This document shows, piece by piece, positions 36,279 through 47,400 of a DNA stretch of 64,000 bases (position 1 is the stretch's first letter; each line of letters opens with the position of its first letter). The translations under genes and the position numbers were made by a program. This DNA comes from Macrostomum lignano (Eukaryota), in NCBI GenBank assembly GCA_002269645.1, contig NIVC01002020.1, positions 62,001 through 126,000 on the forward strand, in the 5' to 3' direction. The notes under the pieces were generated by a model. It was not told where the DNA came from and did not search any database. It worked only from the letters and a program-made list of their open reading frames with translations.

Positions 36279-37084
36279 AAGTAATTGATAAAATTTTATT
36301 AGTCTCTATATTCAAGTGAACTTTACATAATAATTCATGCTGCTAGAAAACACAATCCAAGTTTGTTTCTCTGTCTTCTTGTTGATCAGTAATTTTACTA
36401 ATTTAATTTTACCTTTATATAGCTTGGTATTCTACTGTCTACTGTCTGTAGATTATATCATTGCTATATGCTTAGCTCTATTCATTATTGCAACACATTA
36501 TACATAATCAGCTTCTCGTGACTATTGTCAGCCTTCAATAGTTGTGTTTAATATGAAAATTGTTTGTGTGTTTTTTTAGCTTGCGCTTTTTACTGTAACA
36601 CCAACCTAATCGGAGTTGACCTTTAGTGTCTGTAATGTCATATACACATACATGTTGCATGGTAAGCACTGCTGCTCCAGTACCGAAACTTGATTATTTC
36701 TGATTATATTGCTTGGCCCGTCTCTGCTTCCAAAACAGTTTTTAATTTGTCCGAGACAATTAAATCACGTGAATCATATTGCAACTTATTGTTTTGCGTG
36801 AATTGCTTTTATTTAATTGCTACAGTTGAAGAGCATCTGTAGCAAAAATGGCGGGGTAAAAGAAGCAAAAATTCTTGCCATCGAAAGCCAAGCTTTCTTA
36901 CGTTCGTCTGTACAAAAGGATCGCTATACTGTGGCTAACGAAAGGCAAGTTTTTTTGCGCTGTTTGCACTGCCTCTTTCCGGTCCAGTTGCTTCCTAATG
37001 AACTCCATGCTTAACATTGGATGCTTTCAAGCATCCAAGTTGTTCAACCGATTACCTATTATGCTGTTATAAGCTGGGGGAAAA

Positions 37085-37955
37085 TCAATAGCTGTGGGAT
37101 AGGTACAGGATAATCAATAGCTGTGAGCTAGCTACAGGATAATCAATAGCTGTGAGCTAGCTACAGGATAATCGATAGCTGTGAGCTAGCTACAGGATAA
37201 TCGATAGCTGTGAGCTAGCTACAGGATAATCAATAGCTGTGAGATAGCTACAGGATAATCAATAGCTGTGAGCTAGCTACAGGATAATCGATAGCTGTGA
37301 GCTAGCTACAGGATAATCGATAGCTGTGAGCTAGCTACAGGATAATCGATAGCTGTGAGATAGCTACAGGATAATCGATAGCTGTGAGCTAGCTACAGGA
37401 TAATCGATAGCTGTGAGATAGCTACAGGATAATCGATAGCTGTGAGCTAGCTACAGGATAATCAATAGCTGTGAGATAGCTACAGGATAATCAATAGCTG
37501 TGAGCTAGCTACAGGATAATCGATAGCTGTGAGATAGCTACAGGATAATCGATAGCTGTGAGCTAGCTACAGGATAATCAATAGCTGTGAGCTAGCTACA
37601 GGATAATCAATAGCTGTGAGATAGCTACAAGATAATCAATAGCTGTGAGATAGCTACAGAATAATCAATAGCTATGCTAAAGCTACAGGATAATCAATAG
37701 TTGTGAGATAGCTGTAGGGATAATCAACAAATAGCTGCAGGATAATCAATAGCTGTAGGGATAATCAATAGATAGCTGCAGTATATCAATAGCTGTGAGA
37801 TAGCTGTAGGGATAAATCAATAGATAGCTGCAGTATAATCAATAGCTGTGAGATAGCTGTAGGGATAATCAATAGATAGCTGCAGTATAATCAATAGCTG
37901 TGAGATAGCTGTAGGGATAATCAACAAATAGCTGCAGGATAATCAATAGCTGTGA
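37085..37955. repeat. 29-bp minisatellite (agctgtgagctagctacaggataatcaat) downstream of LRRC23
   Basis: Directly visible. Confidence 0.95.
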
Positions 37956-38469
37956 GAAAAAGCGATCACTCATCCATAATGGCAAGCCACTGACTACGCT
38001 ATGTTAATCTCTATGTAATATCACATAGGTACCTGTTAATTAAATGAGACAGAAGTCCAACTTCTCAATCTCTTTTTCGAGCGTTTTGTTTCTTAGAAAT
38101 ATGAATTAAATATTAGAACAAAGCCAATTGTCAATAACATCTGGTAATTATATTTGGTTTAGTTTCCAATAGAAAAACATTAAGGAAATCCCATCGTTCA
38201 GCAACAAAAAGCATACTATAAGTAGTACAATATGTAAGCTAAACGGCCCCACAGTGGGACATGTACTTTTACAAGTGGGAATAGCTATTCGTCGAAGCTT
38301 AGTCACAAGTCAAAATATATCAAAGAAACAAACAGACAAAAAGTTGAATCACACAACTTGTGGCTGGTGCGTGCGGCATTTCCTTTTGTTTAGCTTGATA
38401 GTATGCATAAACTTAGTGTTATCAGATCACGGATGGAATTTTCTTTTGTCCCAATCATCGTATCCGACT

Positions 38470-41400
38470 TCACTCTTCAACTGGTTCGTCTGCCGCTGCC
38501 TCGGCTGTTGCATCATCTTCCTCTTCTTTACCCTCCTGAAATTATCACGATTGATGTTAGTTGTTATAGTTATCTGATCTGCTTCGAGTCATCACTCTGG
38601 GGTAGCGGCGAGTCACCAATAATCATTCCCTGGGGGTTCTGGGGTAGCGGCGAGTCACCAATAATCATTCCATGAGGGGTTCTGGGGTAGCGGCGAGTCA
38701 CCAATAATCATTCCATGAGGGGGTTCTGGGGTAGCGGCGAGTCACCAATAATCATTCCATGAGGGGGTTCTGGGGTAGCGGCGAGTCACCAATAATCATT
38801 CCATGAGGGGGTTCTGGGGTAGCGGCGAGTCACCAATAATCATTCCCTGGGGGATCTGGGGTAGCGGCGAGTCAACAATAATCATTCCCTGGGGGATCTG
38901 GGGTAGCGGCGAGTCACCAATAATCATTCCATGAGGGGGTTCTGGGGTAGCGGCGAGTCACCAATAATCATTCCCTGGGGGATCTGGGGTAGCGGCGAGT
39001 CAACAATAATCATTCCCTGGGGGATCTGGGGTAGCGGCGAGTCACCAATAATCATTCCCTGGGGGATCTGGGGTAGTGGCGAGTCAACAATAATCATTCC
39101 CTGTGGGTTCAGGGGTAGCGGTGAGTCACTAATAATCATTCCCTGATGTTTTGGAGTACTGTAGCAATTAATTAATCGGCCTTGCTGGGATGTTTCTGGC
39201 TTCCAATTTATCCCACCACTAAAGAGGAGATGCACAAGAGTACCTACCTCCATCTCCTCCTTGTTCAGTTCCTCGAGTCGCCGTTGCTCGTAGCGAGCCT
39301 CAGCCTCCTCCCGCTCGTCATCCTGGTACTCGTCCTTGTCCAGCCGGATCACCTTGCGCAGCACCGTCAGCACCTCGAGCCGGTACTCGTCGTCCTCGGC
39401 GATGGGATTCTCCGACAGCACAACAGCACGGAGCATCGGCAAGCACTTGAGCTTGTTAAGCTCCCTCAGCGAGCTGATGCCGTTTCCGCTGGAGGAATTA
39501 TGGGATATTTAGCTGGCTGTTTATTGGGTTGCTACTCTTATAGAGTTTTCTATTTTATCCCGGTAATTTCCTATCGATCATGGAGGTTTCCTTTTGATCC
39601 TGTAGCTTTCCTTTTGGCCATGGAGCTTTCCTTTTGGTCATGGAGCTTTCCTTTTGGTCATGGAGCTTTCCTTTTGGTCATGGAGCTTTCCTTTTGGTCA
39701 TGGAGCTTTCCTTTTGGTCATGGAGCTTTCCTTTTGGTTATGGAGCTTTCCTTTTGGTTATGGAGCTTTCCTTTTGGTCATGGAGCTTTCCTTTTGGTCA
39801 TGGAGCTTTCCTTTTGGTTATGGAGCTTTCCTTTTGGTTATGGAGCTTTCCTTTTGGTCATGGAGCTTTCCTTTTGGTCATGGAGCTTTCCTTTTGGTTA
39901 TGGAGCTTTCCTTTTGGTCATGGAGCTTTCCTTTTGGTCATGGAGCTTTCCTTTTGGTTATGGAGCTTTCCTTTTGGTCATGGAGCTTTCCTTTTGGTCA
40001 TGGAGCTTTCCTTTTGGTTATGGAGCTTTCCTTTTGGTTATGGAGCTTTCCTTTTGGTCATGGAGCTTCCCTTTTGGTTATGGAGCTTTCCTTTTGGTTA
40101 TGGAGCTTTCCTTTTGGTTATGGAGCTTTCCTTTTGGTCATGGAGCTTTCCTTTTGGTCATGGAGCTTTCCTTTTGGTCATGGAGCTTTCCTTTTGGTCA
40201 TGGAGCTTTCCTTTTGGTCATGGAGCTTTCCTTTTGGTTATGGAGCTTTCCTTTTGGTTATGGAGCTTTCCTTTTGGTCATGGAGCTTTCCTTTTGGTCA
40301 TGGAGCTTTCCTTTTGGTCATGGAGCTTTCCTTTTGGTCATGGAGCTTTCCTTTTGGTTATGGAGCTTTCCTTTTGGTCATGGAGCTTTCCTTTTGGTTA
40401 TGGAGCTTTCCTTTTGGTCATGGAGCTTTCCTTTTGGTCATGGAGCTTTCCTTTTGGTCATGGAGCTTCCCTTTTGGTTATGGAGCTTTCCTTTTGGTCA
40501 TGGAGCTTTCCTTTTGGTTATGGAGCTTTCCTTTTGGTCATGGAGCTTTCCTTTTGGTCATGGAGCTTCCCTTTTGGTTATGGAGCTTTCCTTTTGGTCA
40601 TGGAGCTTTCCTTTTGGTTATGGAGCTTTCCTTTTGGTTATGGAGCTTTCCTTTTGGTTATGGAGCTTTCCTTTTGGTTATGGAGCTTTCCTTTTGGTCA
40701 TGGAGCTTTCCTTTTGGTTATGGAGCTTTCCTTTTGGTCATGGAGCTTTCCTTTTGGTTATGGAGCTTTCCTTTTGGTCATGGAGCTTTCCTTTTGGTCA
40801 TGGAGCTTTCCTTTTGGTTATGGAGCTTTCCTTTTGGTCATGGAGCTTTCCTTTTGGTTATGGAGCTTTCCTTTTGGTCATGGAGCTTTCCTTTTGGTCA
40901 TGGAGCTTCCCTTTTGGTTATGGAGCTTTCCTTTTGGTCATGAAGCTTTCCTTTTGGTCATGGAGCTTTCCTTTTGGTTATGGAGCTTTCCTTTTGGTCA
41001 TGGAGCTTTCCTTTTGGTCATGGAGCTTCCCTTTTGGTTATGGAGCTTTCCTTTTGGTCATGGAGCTTTCCTTTTGGTTATGGAGCTTTCCTTTTGGTTA
41101 TGGAGCTTTCCTTTTGGTCATGGAGCTTCCCTTTTGGTCATGGAGCTTTCCTTTTGGTCATGGAGCTTTCCTTTTGGTCATGGAGCTTTCCTTTTGGTCA
41201 TGGAGCTTTCCTTTTGGTTATGGAGCTTTCCTTTTGGTTATGGAGCTTTCCTTTTGGTTATGGAGCTTTCCTTTTGGTCATGGAGCTTTCCTTTTGGTCA
41301 TGGAGCTTCCCTTTTGGTTATGGAGCTTTCCTTTTGGTCATGGAGCTTTCCTTTTGGTCATGGAGCTTTCCTTTTGGTTATGGAGCTTTCCTTTTGGTCA

Positions 41401-44400
41401 TGGAGCTTTCCTTTTGGTCATGGAGCTTCCCTTTTGGTTATGGAGCTTTCCTTTTGGTCATGGAGCTTTCCTTTTGGTTATGGAGCTTTCCTTTTGGTTA
41501 TGGAGCTTTCCTTTTGGTGATGGAGCTTTCCTTTTGGTGATGGAGCTTTCCTTTTGGTGATGGAGCTTTCCTTTTGGTTATGGAGCTTTCCTTTTGGTTA
41601 TGGAGCTTTCCTTTTGGTTATGGAGCTTTCCTTTTGGTCATGGAGCTTTCCTTTTGGTGATGGAGCTTTCCTTTTGGTCCCATGCAGAGCTTCCTATTCA
41701 ATCATGGAGCTTTGATCATAAATTCCCAATTCCCATGGGGCTTTCTGAATTCTCACTTCAGTCATAGGGCCTCTACTTGATTAATGGGTTTTCGATTCGG
41801 TTTAGAGAGCCTTTGCTTTACGCCTTAATATGCATGAGAGTTTTTATGAGCATTCCTATTCATACCGCATATTAAGGTACTGCAGATTCTTCATCTGATC
41901 GGTGAATCCGTCCAGCGTCTCAATTTGGTTGTCGCGCAGGTGCAGAGTGGTCAGGCTCTCCATCCGGCCGAGTCCGGTCACTTGGCGGATCCGATTGCCA
42001 GCCTGTGTAATTTGCGAATGACTTCGAGAGTTTCTACTGTTTGACTGGCAGCCTGTGCAGCGACTGAGTGTACATGTAAGCTTCTACATTGCGTGTCCGA
42101 AGGTGCGCTTCGACCTAAGTTCTTACTCAGGATCGCACACGATCAGGCACAATCTCTCAGGATCGCATAAGATCAGGCACAATCTCTCAGGATCGCACAC
42201 GATCAGGCACAATCTCTCAGGATCGCACACGATCAGGCACAATCTCTCAGGATCGCACACGATCAGGCACAATCTCTCAGGATCGCACACGATCAGGCAC
42301 AATCTCTCAGGATCGCATAAGATCAGGCACAATCTCTCAGGATCGCATAAGATCAGGCACAATCTCTCAGGATCGCACACGATCAGGCACAATCTCTCAG
42401 GATCGAACACGATCAGGCACAATCTCTCAGGATCGAACACGATCAGGCACAATCTCTCAGGATCGAACACGATCAGGCACAATCTCTCAGAATCGCACAC
42501 GATCAGGCACAATCTCTCAGGATCGCACACGATCAGGCACAATCTCTCAGGATCGCACATGATCAGGCACAATCTCTCAGGATCGCACATGAGCAGGCAC
42601 AATCTCTCAGGATCGCATAAGATCAGGCACAATCTCTCAGGATCGAACACGATCAGGCACAATCTCTCAGGATCGCACATGAGCAGGCACAATCTCTCAG
42701 GATCGCATAAGATCAGGCACAATCTCTCAGGATCGCACATGAGCAGGCACAATCTCTCAGGATCGCACATGAGCAGGCACAATCTCTCAGGATCAGACAT
42801 GAAATATTACATCCGCAATCTCACCAGAAAGAGGTTCTTCAAGTTGGGCAGGTGGAGTCCGTCAGTGCTTGCCAGCTGGTTGCCTCGGAGCTCAAGCGTG
42901 TGCAGGCGGTTCATGATGCTGGGGTCCACGCCTTCGATGTACTTCACTCTGTTGACTGGGGGAATAAAATCACCCTAAGTTTAAGCTAAAATTTTGGGAT
43001 TACCCTGAAACTTTAGATGCGTTTGTTTCCACCATTTTTATCCAACCTTCAATCATGGAGCTCTCCATGTGTCATGTAGCTTCCCAGTGTGTCATGTAGC
43101 TTCCCCGTGTGTCATGTAGCTTCCCCATGTGTCATGTAGCTTCCCAGTGTGTCATGTAGCTTCCCGTGTGTCATGTAGCTTCCCCGTGTGTCATGTAGCT
43201 TCCCAGTGTGTCATGTAGCTTCCCGTGTGTCATGTAGCTTCCCAGTGTGTCATGTAGCTTCCCCGTGTGTCATGTAGCTTCCCAGTGTGTCATGTATCTT
43301 CCCGTGTGTCATGTAGCTTCCCAGTGTGTCATGTAGCTTCCCCATGTGTCATGTAGCTTCCCAGTGTGTCATGTAGCTTCCCGTGTGTCATGTAGCTTCC
43401 CCGTGTGTCATGTAGCTTCCCAGTGTGTCATGTAGCTTCCCGTGTGTCATGTAGCTTCCCAGTGTGTCATGTAGCTTCCCCGTGTGTCATGTAGCTTCCC
43501 AGTGTGTCATGTATCTTCCCGTGTGTCATGTAGCTTCCCAGTGTGTCATGTAGCTTCCCCATGTGTCATGTAGCTTCCCGTGTGTCATGTAGCTTCCCCG
43601 TGTGTCATGTAGCTTCCCAGTGTGTCATGTAGCTTCCCCATGTGTCATGTAGCTTCCCGTGTGTCATGTAGCTTCCCAATGTGTCATGTAGCCTCCCCGT
43701 GTGTCATGTAGCTTCCCCGTGTGTCATGTAGCTTCCCGTGTGTCATGTAGCTTCCCCATGTGTCATGTAGCTTCCCGTGTGTCATGTAGCTTCCCAATGT
43801 GTCATGTAGCTTCCCGTGTGTCATGTAGCTTCCCAGTGTGTCATGTAGCTTCTCACAGTGTGTCATGTAGCTTCCCCGTGTGTCATGTAGCTTCCCAGTG
43901 TGTCATGTAGCTTCTCACAGTGTGTCATGGAGCTTCCCGTGTGTCATGTAGCTTCCCAGTGTGTCATGTAGCTTCTCACAGTGTGTCATGGAGCTTCCCG
44001 TGTGTCATGTAGCTTCCCAGTGTGTCATGTAGCTTCCCAGTGTGTCATGTAGCTTCCCAGTGTGTCATGGAGCTTCCCAATATGTCATGTAACTTCCCAA
44101 TGTGTCATGTAGCTTCCCAATGTGTCATGTAGCTTCCCCGTGTGTCATGTAGCTTCCCAGTGTGTCATGTAGCTTCCCCATGTGTCATGTAGCTTCCCAG
44201 TGTGTCATGTAGCTTCCCAGTGTGTCATGGAGCTTCCCAATATGTCATGTAACTTCCCCGTGTGTCATGTAGCTTCCCAATGTGTCATGTAGCTTGCCCG
44301 TGTGTCATGTAGCTTCCCAGTGTGTCATGTAGCTTCCCAATGTGTCATGTAGCTTCCCCGTGTGTCATGTAGCTTCCCCGTGTGTCATGTAGCTTCCCCG

Positions 44401-47400
44401 TGTGTCATGTAGCTTCCCAGTGTGTCATGGAGCTTCCCAGTGTGTCATGGAGCTTCCCGTGTGTCATGTAGCTTCCCCATGTGTCATGTAGCTTCCCAGT
44501 GTGTCATGTAGCTTCCCAGTGTGTCATGTAGCTTCCCAGTGTGTCATGTAGCTTCCCAGTGTGTCATGTAGCTTCTCACAGTGTGTCATGGAGCTTCCCG
44601 TGTGTCATGTAGCTTCCCAGTGTGTCATGTAGCTTCTCACAGTGTTTCATGGAGCTTCCCCGTGTGTCATGTAGCTTCCCAGTGTGTCATGTAGCTTCCC
44701 AGTGTGTCATGTAGCTTCCCAGTGTGTCATGGAGCTTCCCAATATGTCATGTAACTTTCCAATGTGTCATGTAGCTTCCCAATGTGTCATGTAGCTTCCC
44801 GTGTGTCATGTAGCTTCCCAGTGTGTCATGTAGCTTCCCCATGTGTCATGTAGCTTCCCAGTGTGTCATGTAGCTTCCCAGTGTGTCATGGAGCTTCCCA
44901 ATATGTCATGTAACTTCCCGTGTGTCATGTAGCTTCCCAATGTGTCATGTAGCTTCCCGTGTGTCATGTAGCTTCCCAGTGTGTCATGTAGCTTCCCAAT
45001 GTGTCATGGAGCTTCCCCGTGTGTCATGTAGCTTCCCCGTGTGTCATGTAGCTTCCAGTGTGTCATGGAGCTTCCCAGTGTGTCATGGAGCTTCCCGTGT
45101 GTCATGTAGCTTCCCCATGTGTCATGTAGCTTCCCATGTGTCATGTAGCTTCCCAGTGTGTCATGTAGCTTCCCAGTGTGTCATGGAGCTTCCCAATATG
45201 TCATGTAGCTTCCCATGTGTCATGTAGCTTCCCGTGTGTCATGTAGCTTCCCAGTGTGTCATGTAGCTTCCCATGTGTCATGTAGCTTCCCAGTGTGTCA
45301 TGTAGCTTCCCAGTGTGTCATGTAGCTTCCCCATGTGTCATGTAGCTTCCCAGTGTGTCATGTAGCTTCCCAGTGTGTCATGGAGCTTCCCAATATGTCA
45401 TGTAACTTCCCGTGTGTCATGTAGCTTCCCAATGTGTCATGTAGCTTCCCCGTGTGTCATGTAGCTTCCCAGTGTGTCATGTAGCTTCCCAATGTGTCAT
45501 GTAGCTTCCCCGTGTGTCATGTAGCTTCCCCGTGTGTCATGTAGCTTCCCAGTGTGTCATGGAGCTTCCCCATGTGTCATGTAGCTTCCCAGTGTGTCAT
45601 GTAGCTTCCCAGTGTGTCATGTAGCTTCCCAGTGTGTCATGTAGCTTCCCCATGTGTCATGTAGCTTCCCGTGTGTCATGGAGCTTCCCAATGTGTCATG
45701 TAGCTTCCCGTGTGTCATGTAGCTTCCCCGTGTATCATGTAGCTTCCCGTGTGTCATGTAGCTTCCCAGTATGTCATGTAGCTTCCCCGTGTGTCATGGA
45801 GCTTCTACTCGTATGTTTGTCATGGAGTCTCCTATTTTTCTTCTTCCTCTTTGGTCATGGAATTTCCCGCAAGTGTTACATTAACCAACACAGTGAGGCA
45901 AAAGCAGAGGCAGATGAAAAAAACAGAATTCAATCAAGAAAATGCGACTTGGCTAATCGTGACTAATGAGGCAGTAAATAATTATTGAACTTTGTCAATA
46001 ATTTGAGATCTTACTTCGCCAGGAGGCAGAATGGCATTGAATTCCTTCGATTAGAAATACGCTAATTGCTAATTTGGCTTTTACTCACAGTTGAGTGACA
46101 GGTGCTCCAGCAGTGGATGGTTGATGCCCTGGAATGAGGAGATCTTGTTGTTGTTGAGGTTCAGGTACTGAAGGTACGGCAGCTGGGCTAGCTCCCGGAT
46201 GCTAGGGCATTGTTCTCGCACTTCAGCGTGAGCAGCTCAGTCAGGTTGCTCAATGGTGAGATGTCCTTGATGTGGTTGTTGGACAGGTCAACGTATCTCA
46301 GATGAACGTACCGCTGAAGCAGCTCGATGTTCGTCAGCTCACTGGATTTTTTGCGGCGGGATGTTGCGATTTTTAATGACTTTCTAGCGCTGACTTGGGC
46401 CGCCTCTGCTTTCAGCTTCTTAGCCACCTTGACCTCTGAGTGCCGCTGCTCACCTGCCTCCCCCCGACTCTCCTCAGTTGCTCACCTGCCTCCCCGGACT
46501 CTCCTCAGTTGCTCACCTGCCTCCCCGACTCTCCTCAGTTGCTCACCTGCCTCCCCCGGACTCTCCTCAGTTGCTCACCTGCCTCCCCCCGACTCTCCTC
46601 AGTTGCTCACCTGCCTCCCCGACTCTCAGTTGCTCACCTGTCTCCCCCGACTCTCAGTTGCACACCTGCCTCCCCCCGACTCTCCTCAGTTGCTCACTCT
46701 GCCTCCCCCGGACTCTCCTCAGTTGCTCACCTGCCTCCCCGACTCTCCTCAGTTGCTCACCTGCCTCCCCCGACTCTCAGTTGCTCACCTGTCTCCCCCT
46801 CGACTCTCAGTTGCCACACTGCTGCCTCCCCCGACTCTCCTCAGTTGCTCACCTGCCTCCCCCCGACTCTCCTCAGTTGCTCACCACTGCCTCCCCCCGA
46901 CTCTCCTCAGTTGCTCACCTGCCTCCCCGACTCTCCTCAGTTGCTCACCTGCCTCCCCCGACTCTCCTCGTTGCACACCTGCTCCCCCGACTCTCCTCAG
47001 TTGCTCACACTGCCTCCCCTCGACTCTCCTCAGTTGCTCACCTGCCTCCCCCTGACTCTCCTCAGTTGCTCACCTGCCACCACCGACTCTCAGTTGCTCA
47101 CCTGTCCTCCCCCCGACTCTCAGTTGCACACCTGCCTCCCCCCGACTCTCCTCAGTTGCTCACCTGCCTCCCCCGGACTCTCCTCAGTTGCTCACCTGCC
47201 TCCCCCGGACTCTCCTCAGTTGCTCACTGCCTCCCCCCGACTCTCCTCAGTTGCTCACCTGCCTCCCCCGGACTCTCCTCAGTTGCTCACCTGCCTCCCC
47301 CGGACTCTCCTCAGTTGCTCACCTGCCTCCCCCGACTCTCAGTTGCTCACCTGTCTCCCTCCGACTCTCAGTTGCACACTGCCTCCCCCCGACTCTCCTC

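Noticed and set aside
39182-41560. 792, 628 and 429-aa hydrophobic repeat ORFs
   Set aside because: A 20-bp satellite lacking stops on the plus strand, antisense to an LRRC23 intron.
46188-46427. 'MAKKLKAEAAQVSARK...' as the LRRC23 N-terminus
   Set aside because: Upstream of the acceptor at 46342 it is intronic; the homologous N-terminus is encoded at 49381-49270 and 50308-50168.
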